Below are positions 15,247 to 25,563 of a stretch of 64,000 bases of DNA, in pieces; the first letter of the stretch is position 1, and the number at the start of each line of letters is the position of its first letter. Under the pieces are notes generated by a model. It was not told the DNA's origin. It searched no databases and was given only the letters and a program-made list of their open reading frames with translations. Both the position numbers and the translations under genes were made by a program. The DNA lies in assembly GCA_002269645.1 (NCBI GenBank), contig NIVC01003252.1, positions 1-64,000 of the forward strand, given 5' to 3'. The stretch is from Macrostomum lignano. Its lineage: Eukaryota.

Positions 15247-18200
15247 TAGTTATTCCTGACCTCCTCCTTCTCCTCATCCGTCTGCCGCTGCTCAACTTCC
15301 TGCTCGGCAGTTTCCGAGCCAGCACTCAGCTTAAATTTGCAGGCAACTTTCTGGCTACTGTCAAGATGCTCGCTGACAGTCACTTCGCCGACTTTCATAT
15401 CAATATTCAAGTCGCCATCCTGAGAGCCGGCCGTGCTTTGGTTGCTCGCAGACGGGCGCAAAGAGCTCTGGAAAGGTGAAAAGGTGAATCAATGTAGATC
15501 TGAATATAGAACCTTCTGGTTGCTTCAGTTCTACACAACCCTGATCCTCGCCGCATCCCTGAACCCCTAGTCACCCCGACCTTCCCATCAACCTGACCCT
15601 ACCGCTCACCCATAACCAAGCACACCCTGACTCCCTCACCCTGACCCCCTCACCCTGACCCCCTCACACTGACCTCTTCACCATGACTCTCACCATGATC
15701 CTCACTATGACCCCCATCCTGACACCCTACCCTGACCCCCTCATCCTGACCCCCTACCCTGACCCCCTCACCATGACCCTCCTCATCATGACCCCCTCGC
15801 CTTGACCCCGTACCTTGACGACCGTTACCCTGACCCCCTAATCCTGACCCCCTAATCCTTACCCCATAATCCTTACCCCATAATCCTGACCCCCTCATCA
15901 AGACCTCCCTAACCCTGACCCCCCTCACCATGAATCCCTCGTCCTGACCTCCCTCACTCCAATCAAGCCCATTTAAAGAAGACAAATTCTTAAAAAATTA
16001 CCGCGTTTCGCGCCTCCTCTAGCAGTTGACGCTGCTTTTGCGGCGATGCAGCTCGTTTCGCTGGCCACTCGCGCACTGGAACTTCAATGTTGTAGACCAC
16101 GCTGCCGCTCGGAGCCTGCAGACTGGCCCGCCTTGCCGCTTCGTACTCCACCCGATCCGTCTCGGGCTAAATATAAACCATAAAATGTGAAGGGGTTCAA
16201 GGCAATGTAGATTCTAAACCGCCACGCACTTGAAAAACTTGATATAAGTCGACGCAAAAACGTTGAAACAGGCACTCACTTTAGCTCCGCAGGCACTCAT
16301 TTTAGCGCCGCAGGCACTCATTTTAGCGCCGCAGGCACTCATTTTAGCGCCGCAGGCACTCATTTTAGCGCCGCAGGCACTCATTTTAGCGCCGCAGGCA
16401 CTCATTTTAGCGCCGCAGGCACTCATTTTAGCGCCGTAGGTACTCATTTTAGCGCCGCAGGCACTCATTTTAGCGCCGCAGGCACTCATTTTAGCGCCGC
16501 AGGCACTCATTTTAGCGCCGCAGGCACTCATTTTAGCGCCGTAGGTACTCATTTTAGCGCCGCAGGCTCTCATTTTAGCGCCGCAGGCACTCATTTTAGC
16601 GCCGCAGGCATTCATTTTAGCACCGCAGGGACTCATTTTGACGCCGCAGGCACTCATTTTAGCGCCGCAGACACTCATTTTAGCGCCGCAGACACTCATT
16701 TTAGCGCCGCAGTCACTCATTTTAGCACTGCAGTTACTCATTTTGGCGCTGCAGACACTCATTTTAGCGCCGCAGGCACTCATTTAAGAGCTGCAGACAC
16801 TCATTTTAGCGCCACAGGCACTCATTTTGGTGCCGCAGGCACTCATTTTGGTGCCCTGAAGCATAATTTTCATAGCGGGTCACCAGGTGAGGTGGGGGAG
16901 GGACAAAGCATTGGCTTGGCCCCCATAGCTTTTACTGGGAAGACAAGTCCCTGGAAGAACGATACTGAACACCTTACTACAAATGCAAAGTACGCTCGTA
17001 CACAAAGCCATAGAAAAATGTGTCTAAACTATCTCAAGACAATTAGTCTAATACCGCTAAACATACCGTAAACCACAGGAAAACAATTATAAACCACCAC
17101 TGAAAACACCAAAATCGCAGCTAAACACGCATAACTATAACAAAACGAGTAAAACTTAGTTGAAGAACTCACATCGCTATAATTTGAATCTGCATCGGTT
17201 CTGCATGCGACATCCGCTGTTTCACTCTCCGGAGTTGGACTAGCACCGTCTGATTGCGATTTGGGGTCCTAAAATAACAAATAAAGAAGCAAACTCGTTA
17301 GCTGACTCTTTATTAATATCAATGTGAACACTTTTTCTTACCTTTGTCAAAAAGGACACAGTTTTCCTGCTCCCTCTAACCTGACGCAATTCCATGAGTC
17401 TTCGTTGCTCAAATTCATCCTGAAATTTGGCGATTTAGTTTTTTGTTTGTTGCTATGGTGATATTTTCTGACGATTATCCATAGTAACAGGCTGAAAAGA
17501 GCATGCAGCTTTTTAGTTAGAGACATGAGACTGCGTGCACCCTGGGCGCACTTTAGGCGACATTGTCGCACAACCGGCAAGAGGCATTGTTGCCCATTCT
17601 GCCGTCTCCCCTGAGCAGGCACACAAGCGCGCGGATACGTACGCAGTCATGCGCACAGGCGCACACTCACACAGGAGTGCACAGCGTTAGGTAGGTACAC
17701 TTCACTGTGCCTTGTGTGTTGGCCTTCAAGGCCGGTAATTGCACAAGCAGAGCCAAGCCGAGATTCCAATTTTGCCCCAAATTAAAGTGACTGCATTTGG
17801 AATCGACCTCTGCCTCAGCCAATGGAAAGCCATATTGTACAAGGGAAAGTCTGTTCATGCAAAAGACTTCAAAGGTGTAATAAATAGCTCAGAAATCCAT
17901 TCAGACTGCTCAACTCACTGCCTCCTTCGCATCCTCGTGAGCGCATCGAAGCCGACGCGACTCCGTACCGTCAATGTTCAGACCGGGCAGGGAGCCGGGC
18001 CGGCACAGAATGGTGGTGCCGGCAACCAGGTTCATGCTGCTCTCCGGACTGCCCTCCGCTGACTTTCCACCTGAGCTGCGGCGACTGCCGCCCATTGAGC
18101 CTCGCCTTGAGCAGCAGTTGGAGCTGCTGGTGCACAGCATCCGATTCTCCAGCACGTTCTGGCGCTTTTCGCAGCTCTCAATCTGGCGAATCTGCTGCAT

Positions 18201-20400
18201 TATGTTGCTCAAATTTTCTTCCTCATCATCGCAGGTCTGCTTGTGATGGGTTTGTCTGCCGGATGAAACCTTGGAGACCCTGTGACTGCGGTGATCGCCA
18301 CGATGGCGCTGGTGATGGTGATGATTTCGGTTCCGCGGGCCGCTGGACACGCGAACAACTTGACGATTGATAGAAAGGCTGACTGGCGGCTTAGCACTGT
18401 TTGGCAGAGGCGGCGGCGGCATAGCGTAGGGGCTCAACTCGACTGAGTATTCCTGATGACGGTATTGACTTTCGTTAGAGGAGCACTGAGGCTGGTTGCT
18501 GGTCGAGCAGCCATCATCATCTGTGATGGCCGACTCATCCGGGACTTGAGACGGCTGCTGGTAGTTGCCAGAGTAGTGGGCCTGCAGATAGGTAGTCACA
18601 TGTAACTGCATCCTATAATATAAACTTTATTTAGTTGCAAAATTTGACTGAAGAATTTTACTTGCCAACTTATTCAATTAGCACCCTAATGGCCAGATGT
18701 GCAACCGACAGCTCAGCCGCAGCTACGCTTGTAATTCGCGGCGCATCTGAAGGCTGCGTACGGCTGCTCAGTCCAAGGACTTGGGGGTCGACACACGCGC
18801 ACCCTCAATTACCCCAGCTAATGCTGGCACCCATTTTACAGCTGGGTGAACTGAAGCAATGCAGAGTTAAGTGTCTTGCTTAGGTACACAATTGTTTCAG
18901 TGGGATCAAAAACCGTACCCCCGACCTTCAAGTCGTGAGTCCAATGCTCTAACCAATGAGCTACAACCTCCTCGGTGAGAAATTGGTTCTAAGTAAATCT
19001 ATAAATCTTGTCAAACCACATCAAAATAAATGCTTCTGGCTTCGGGTATGCACATATGAAGTCCAGGAACAGTTTTATTGCTCAAAAAACGAATTTCTGA
19101 TCCAGGTACTCACAGTTAGTTCCGGACTTTGTCTTATGGATTAAAAGTAGATAATTGACCCTCTGTTAAGCAACTGAGGAGCATTGATGAATAATACACT
19201 ACGCTAACTAGCATTTCCTTTACACAAAAAACACTGGACGCACCTGTCCAGCTGACTTCCGTCTGTCGCAAACCTCTCCTGTCCTCTTCATTTCGCAATT
19301 TGCATCATCGGAATCTTCTTCCTCCTGACCGCTGCCCGTCACAGTTGCCGTTGGCGGAAAAATCATATCTGAGTCCGTTGACGCCAAGTCGTCAGTTTCT
19401 TTGTCGCGATTCTCTGGTGCCTCAGTTTCAACGTCGCACTCTCGCTGCTGCTGGCTGTGCTGAAAATGTTGATTGCTGTTACAGCTGATCTGCGGCTGAA
19501 CAGACTTGGAGTCCAATTCCAATCGCTTCGGGATGATGAGCTGACGCTGGTGCTGGCGCGTCTGGCACAACTGCAGCTGCTGGTAGCGGTGCTGACACTT
19601 CACTGCGTGACGGCGCATTTCAGCGATGCTTTGCTGCTGATAGTTCTGCTGCATTGGACCAGCTGGCGTTGCGCATTGATTTGCATTGGTCTCAATGTCC
19701 TCCTCTACGCACAAAGAATCGCTGTCGCCTCTGTCCTCACAGTAGAGCCGCGATGTCGCTTCTGAACCTGTAGCTGCCAAGATAGCAGCCTCTGACAAAG
19801 GATAATATTGAATGATTACTATCTTTGCTCGTTTCATATTAGTAAAAGATTTTAAACATCTAGTATTCATTTTAGGAGAATAATGACGAATTATGGTTAT
19901 GTACTCTTTGAGCCTTGACGGTTGGCCCTCAAGGTCCTTCAGGGAGAGTCATACGTCAAGCCCAATAGATCAATTTTTTCGTTTACGGAGTCGAAACGGA
20001 GGAATACTATAAGCCTGCATAGCAGTTCCAACAACTTCATTTACCATTAAAGTCCAAATCTTCAGAGCTCAGCCCGTGGTTGTTGGCCATCTCACAGTGG
20101 ACGGTGGCGCCGTCACTCTCCGCCAGCTGCTGAACTGAGCCCGTGAACATCCGAGCGTCGCGTCGCTTTTTCTTATTTTTCTTTTGCAGCTGCGTCGTCA
20201 TTTGCTGAGAAATCTGCTTCAGTTTCTCCAGCTCGACGAGTTGCTGCTTCCGCTGACGACGCTTTTGCTGCTGCTGCTGCAGCTGCTGCTCTGACAGAGA
20301 CTGCCGCATGATGGCATCGCTCCGATCTTGGCGGAGCTGCGGACCCTGGACTGCGGCAATTGCTGTCGCGGTTTATGGGTGTGTGGTCGCAGTTAAAGCT
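9004..20400 (-). CDS. Multi-exon gene of unknown function (Q/S/acidic low-complexity protein); exon chain incomplete
   Basis: Open, codon-rich segments bounded by splice-like signals: about 20040-20400, 19240-19790 (acceptor tttgtcag, donor cag|gtgcgt), 17921-18612 (tatag acceptor, gca|gtgagt donor), 17170-17270, 15260-15470, 14527-14773, 14275-14390, 12215-12480, 11255-11400, 10600-10860, 9870-10200, and a terminal exon to the stop at 9004. No recognisable domain. Confidence 0.55.
10399..10541 (+). mobile_element. tRNA-derived SINE with CORE-like central domain (3'-truncated)
   Basis: A box TAGCCTAGTGGTTAGAGC and B-box-like GGTTCGATTC, followed by AGCAAGACACTTAAC...CTTCAGTTCACCCAGCTGTAAAA shared with the other copies. 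Confidence 0.75.
10875..11257. repeat. (CTA)n microsatellite
   Basis: Directly visible; begins just after a ccg|gtgagt donor on the minus strand, so it is intronic. Confidence 0.98.
11640..12165. repeat. Degenerate 20-bp minisatellite (GATGTTTAATTAGCCTCTGG)
   Basis: About 25 imperfect tandem units. Confidence 0.9.
12575..13260. repeat. Degenerate (GGGATTT/GGGATCT)n G-rich repeat
   Basis: 7/14-bp periodicity, purest at about 13000-13100. Confidence 0.9.
13464..14065. mobile_element. Foldback/MITE-type element, about 600 bp, with about 215-bp terminal inverted repeats
   Basis: 13464-13679 (TGTCCGTCAAAAGTTCCGGAACC...AAGCAATTGT) is the near-perfect reverse complement of 13847-14064. TA flanks suggest the Tc1/mariner superfamily. 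Confidence 0.85.
14793..15246. repeat. (CAAT)n microsatellite with periodic TAATACAATTT interruptions
   Basis: Directly visible. Confidence 0.97.
15570..15960. repeat. Degenerate C-rich repeat (ACCCTGACCCCCTC-like)
   Basis: Recurrent CCTGACCCC units; G-rich on the minus strand. Confidence 0.8.
16270..16855. repeat. 21-bp minisatellite (GCAGGCACTCATTTTAGCGCC), about 28 copies
   Basis: Near-perfect tandem array; a single related monomer (GCGCCACAGGCACTCATTT) occurs at about 60154-60172. Confidence 0.96.
18680..18973 (-). mobile_element. tRNA-derived CORE-like SINE, near full length
   Basis: Reverse complement has a tRNA head (TTGGTTAGAGCATTGGACTCACGACTTGAAGGTCGGGGG), the CORE-like block, and a 3' body shared with 21421-21745. 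Confidence 0.8.
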
Positions 20401-21029
20401 TCGATAAATCCTATCGACTGACGAGCAACTGTCAGATAGAGATTCTCAATAGGCTGCTGCGTGTTCCCCTTTCTGACTGACAATTTTTTACTTGATTTTT
20501 TAATCTCGAAGTTGTCTATGGCCGAAAGGGTTTGGCTGGAGCCATTTCAGCTTACCGTAATAACAAATTTGATAATGAATTATTTTCTTTTATGTGTGCT
20601 AATTCTCAGTAGTGAGAATGACGTTTTAAGCCCTCAGTTTTCCATTGTCTCTACGTGGTAGACTTTTGAAAGTCTTTTTAAACTAAAACTAAAACTAGTC
20701 TCGGTTTTTCTCATATCGTTAATAGACAAGAAAAATGAACACAAAAGATTGATACTACAATTCTGGTCAAAATTTTTACTGACATTCAAACAAATACTTT
20801 GCGTTTAGGCAATTGAACATTTTTTTATAAATTTCAGAGCAAATGTCTGACTCAGTGTCCATTCCGTAGACTTCTGAGCACACACAAATGCGCCAATACT
20901 GTACGCAGGCGCGCACTCATACAAATGCTCAAACGGGGTGTACAGCGGCACTGACTTTCTAATCATCAGGCATGTACACTCTCTAGCTGTGCCTTGGAGG
21001 TTGGCCTTCATGGGTGTAAACTTCGTGAC

Positions 21030-21255
21030 CAGTGGCGGATCTAGAGTTTCATTTTGGGGGAGGGCCGAGTTCAAGTTTGGGGCGCCAACACGAGTATAAG
21101 GGGCGCCAATTTTTAGGCTAGGGGGCGCAAAAAATGCGTGTAGGGGGCGAAAAATCAAGCTTAGGGGGCGCAAATTTAGGTTGTTGGGGAACGCAATATG
21201 TTCGGTCAAGCTATTTTTTTTTGGGGGGGGGGTGGCCCCCCTAAATCCGCCCCTG
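21030..21255. mobile_element. hAT-type MITE, 226 bp
   Basis: TIRs CAGTGGCGGATCTAG / CTAAATCCGCCCCTG, flanked by an exact 8-bp TSD TTCGTGAC (21022-21029 and 21256-21263). Confidence 0.9.
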
Positions 21256-21420
21256 TTCGTGACAACCCCTGACCAAACTTGGTGCAAAATTCCTAAATGA
21301 TATTGGCTGGACAAGGAATCAAACCAGGGGTCGAGCTGATGAGCAAAACGACCAGGCATTATTAGAGTCCGGATACGAAACTCGCGTGGATAGAGTTCTT
21401 CTGGCTGTCTCCGCAAATCT

Positions 21421-21745
21421 GGTCCTAGTGGTTAGAGCGTCGGACTCACGACTTAAAGGTCGGGGGTTCGATTCCTGACCTCAGCGAAAAATCTGCGTCC
21501 TTGAGCAAAAATATTAACTCGACATTTCTTCACCCATGACATTGTGAGACATTGTTCACTTAAGCTGTCAAATGGGTGCCAGCATTAGCTGTGGTAATTG
21601 AGGGTGTGTTTGGCGACCCCCAGTCCTTGGAATGAACAGCCGTACGCAGCCTTCAGATTCGCCGAGCAGTAGCCGCGGCTGAACTGTCGGTTGCACATCT
21701 GGCTCAATTGGGGCAGGTGTAAACAATTATTAATATTATTTTTAT
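21421..21745 (+). mobile_element. tRNA-derived CORE-like SINE, near full length
   Basis: CCTAGTGGTTAGAGCGTCGGACTCACGACTTAAAGGTCGGGGGTTCGATTCCTG head, then CCTTGAGCAA...TTAAC...GCTGTCAAATGGGTGCCAGC and the shared 3' body. Confidence 0.8.
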
Positions 21746-22794
21746 TACTATTCCTATTTGAGTTAAGGCTCATTCACACCACAATTGAATAAAACCTAAT
21801 TTTCCGTGATGACGAACTTCCATTCTCATTCCTTTCTACATCGATCGTGAAGATTTTAATGGCTCATGTGATAGCAGTGGGAATCATTCTTTAGAGACTG
21901 ACACTGACGTCTCTCAACTTAACTGTAAATATTACTTACAGTAGTCACTGAATTCAATCAAAATGTAATCAACCTCAAGAAAAAACTTGCCGCACTCCAA
22001 AAACACCAGGACTTGTGTAAATACAACTTTTGAAACATCACATCACAAGTTAGAGTTGAAGCGAATCGGTACACAGACAATGTCCTCCATCAGGGTATCA
22101 GTAGCAATTGCACTGTATCCCCTACTCAGGATGGAGTGTGAAATGAGTTATTGTAAGCTAGCCAATCGGACAAGGCGAGGTCTCAAGAACGGATTGAACT
22201 GGGAATGCGCGCTTGCTTTCGATTTTTCTGAATCGAATGGATCAGCAGTGTTTCACTTCCTGCCAAGGGTTAATGCAGTGCATTTTAGATACAGTTTGCG
22301 ATGGACATAGCTGTTTGCTACTGCAAACAGTTCATAGCCGTTGGTGAGTCAACAAACTGCGTATCGGAAGTCCACGTACCGGAAGTCCACGTACCGGTGT
22401 CACTCACGTAAACGATAAACGTTATACGCTCGTACTCATAAGATATGAGAGAGAGAGAGAGAGAGAGAGAATAGGCAGCTGAGGAGGCTGCTCAATAGGA
22501 TGAATGCATTCCACAGAACGGAATATGTGCCTGATCTAACATTCCCCATCACTGTTACCAAGCGTTCACTTACTGCTTGTAAATGTTGTAAATGCACTGA
22601 GCCTTTATTATGAGAATTCAGAAAATTTAATAAGAAGCTTTCAAATGCTGATATCGACCTCAGGAGGTTCAACAAGAATGCAAAAATAATATTCTTAGAT
22701 TTTATTCGCAATTTATCAACATAAACTCTTCGAATTCACAGTTAAAATGGTTTTAAGGTTCTTATAAAGACTCACACAGCTTTACAGTTTCACC

Positions 22795-23440
22795 TAACTC
22801 ACAGCTTCATCCATACCAACTCAGCCTCACGGCTTCATCCAGACCCACTCAGCCTCACAGCTTCATCCAGACCCACTCAGCCTCACGGCTTCATCCAGAC
22901 CCACTCACCCTCACGGCTTCATCCAGACCCACTCAGCCTCACAGCTTCATCCAGATCCACTCAGCCTCACAGCTTCATCCAGACCCACTCAGCCTCACAG
23001 CTTCATCCAGACCCACTCAGCCTCACAGCTTCATCCAGACCCAATCAGCCTCACGGCTTCATCCAGACCCACTCAGCCTCACGGCTTCATCCAGACCCAC
23101 TCAGCCTCACAGCTTCATCCAGACCCACTCAGCCTCACAGCTTCATCCAGACCCACTCAGCCTCACAGCTTCATCCAGACCCACTCAGCCTCACAGCTTC
23201 ATCCAGACCCACTCAGCCTCACAGCTTCATCCAGACCCACTCAACCTCACTGCTTCATCCAGACCCACTCAGCCTCACAGCTTCATCCAGACCCACTCAG
23301 CCTCACAGCTTCATCCAGACCCACTCAACCTCACTGCTTCATCCAGACCCACTCAGTTTCACTGCTTCATCCAGAACCACTCAGCCTCACAGCCTCATTC
23401 AGACCCACTCAGCATCAAAGCTTCATCCAGACCCACTCAG
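22795..23440. repeat. 28-bp minisatellite (AGCTTCATCCAGACCCACTCAGCCTCAC), about 23 copies, derived from the end of WSC-PAN gene A
   Basis: On the minus strand the unit reads GAG GCT GAG TGG GTC TGG ATG AAG CTG TGA = EAEWVWMKL*, the last codons of the adjacent gene. Confidence 0.95.
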
Positions 23441-24200
23441 CCTCGCTGGCCAGCTCAGCGGGCACAGCGGTGAATCTCAGCAGGCGGCACATGCGGCTTG
23501 AAGACACGAAGGCGCAGCCCTGACAGTCCGGGCTTCGTTGGCAGGCGGCAGCGCACTGGATGGCGCTCTTGGCAGAGACGCTGCGGTGGGTGATGGAGCT
23601 CGATGAAGCCGATATGTTTGGCACGGCAGACACCGGCAGTTTTGTCAGGTTTGGCCCATCTGAAGTACAATATGATTAATACCATTTATTGATAAATTTC
23701 TGGAAACAAATTTAACTGTTTGATTCGTCCAAACTAAAATCAAGCTAGCTACTACCTGGCGGGTAGGAGAGCTCGTAGATGGAGTTTCTAAAATATCCAC
23801 CACACGGATGCTGAAAGATAGCTCCACTGCAATATTTAGAACATTCGTTTGCAGGTGCGGGGCCAAGTGACCCATAGGTGGAATCGCAGCAGCAGAAAGA
23901 GCCGTGGTTGACACCAAAGTAGCGAAAACGACCGAATGCGCAGATCCTGCTGCACATCTCCAGTGTCATTGTGGAGAGTTGGACAAAGCCTCCACCATGA
24001 ACTCCACCATCAGTTGAGTATGGGCCGATTGTCAGCAGCCCTTTTAGACCAAGAAGGTCCCGGTTGCTGTTATCGCCGTCTACGAAGCAGCCGATGTGGT
24101 TGAATCCAAGCGGCTGAGCGGGCACCGTCACAGCTGCACAGCTAGCAAGGCTGGCACACAGCAGCACGACAGCGAGTTCATTTACAATTTTTTGCGTCAT
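23415..24200 (-). CDS. Secreted WSC + PAN/Apple domain protein A (229 aa, intact)
   Basis: Exon 1 (24200-23756): signal peptide ...LAVVLLCASLASCAA, then WSC (HIGCFVD...MTLEMCSRIC...FRYFGV...CCC...ECSKYCSG...CGG...NSIY). Phase-1 intron (cca g|gtagt...ttcag). Exon 2 (23659-23415): PAN-type CAAACQRSPDCQGCAF...MCRLL. Confidence 0.88.
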
Positions 24201-25563
24201 GGTTGTATCGAACAGTCTGTATTTTTGTCCTACACTGAGGCCTTTAGTGTGCAGTTTTTATCGCAAATGTTTGGCTTATAGAGACAAAGTCTTATTTGCG
24301 TCTTATTTGAAAAAAAATTGCCTTGCCTGACAACGTTGTCATTGGCTAGCGAATTGTCTGACAAATGGAAACAGTATTGACTCCAACCCTTTGTTCAAAC
24401 ATAGGTCTAAATTTTCTGGTTTACTTTCTAAACATTTGGAGTCAATGGTTATATCTTAGCAGGTAGGTAGCTCTGTTGATAATGATGAGTCGATGCTTCA
24501 GTTTGAGCAACTGTTTATTTGACAGCTTTGACATCAATTGCAACATTCTGATGGCGATGTATATGAGCTAAGAGCTTTTACAACTTGCGTAAAGACATTT
24601 TAATAATTTGTTTTAACAAATCTATTTTTAAAAATATATAGTTAGCTAACTGCTCGTTTGGTTGATGTATTGAAACTGCTGCTCAGGGGGGTTCAAATTG
24701 AGTGCTTAAGAATGTAAATGACTTATTGACAATGACTTTTCTATCAAGCAACTAGAGGAAAAGATCTGGGGCGAAAAGCTTTCATGCAAACTGCATACAT
24801 GTAAGTGAGCTGGCTCACAAGGAAAACTTTACTTTCCAGTTGCTTTGTTTCCTGACAAAAAAATTCTGCATCGGATGACTACCTGAATCAAGACTTCCTT
24901 TCGTCTTTCCGTTGCGGACCTGCCGACACGACCAATTCCTATTTCCTGACTTGCCAGCGCTGCTACGAGCTACTAATAGAGACACGTGCTTTGGGAAGCC
25001 AACGCTTTTTCTTTTTGCACAATAGGAAAGTTTCCTGCTTCGAACTCAATGAATCTATACTGATTCAAACTCACGTGATAACGTCTGCTTAGACACAAAT
25101 TTTCAGAGGAGTTGAGCGCCTGACTACCTTGTTTTAGCGTAGCTATAGCAAGGGGACTACTTAAAAACTGTTGGTAAGTAGTCCTTGGCGTTTAGTTCTC
25201 TCTGCGTCATTCTTTTCTTTGACAATTACTTTCAGCTATGGCCCTAGTTTTAACGCAACGCACCTTCAATTTCTCTGATATCTATCACAGTAGTTTACAG
25301 TAATTTCCATTATGTACGCGCTTGAATCTTGAAAAGTACGTAGTAGAATTAAAATTAAAACTTAAAATAAAAGAATGAAATTGTAACGCTCTTATCGATG
25401 CCTAACATATGAGCGCATGGTGGCTCATAATAGTCTCCATTCTATTGATTTCAAAACAGAATATCACTCAGTGTTTTTTTGATTAGTGAGCAACGAGCTC
25501 GATCTATTCAAGTTTTTTTGTCAAGCGTGTTAGCCATTGATTTGGTTTCATCGGTTTCAATCG

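Noticed and set aside
16214-16783. 189-aa (MSACGAK)n ORF
   Set aside because: In-frame by-product of a 21-bp minisatellite; no signal peptide or splice support, and a lone monomer at about 60154 suggests a TE-borne repeat. Not fully excluded without RNA data.
22795-23440. CRISPR-like appearance of the 28-bp array (and the 23-bp array at 30.6-33.5 kb)
   Set aside because: Units are head-to-tail with no unique spacers, there are no cas genes, and the context is eukaryotic.
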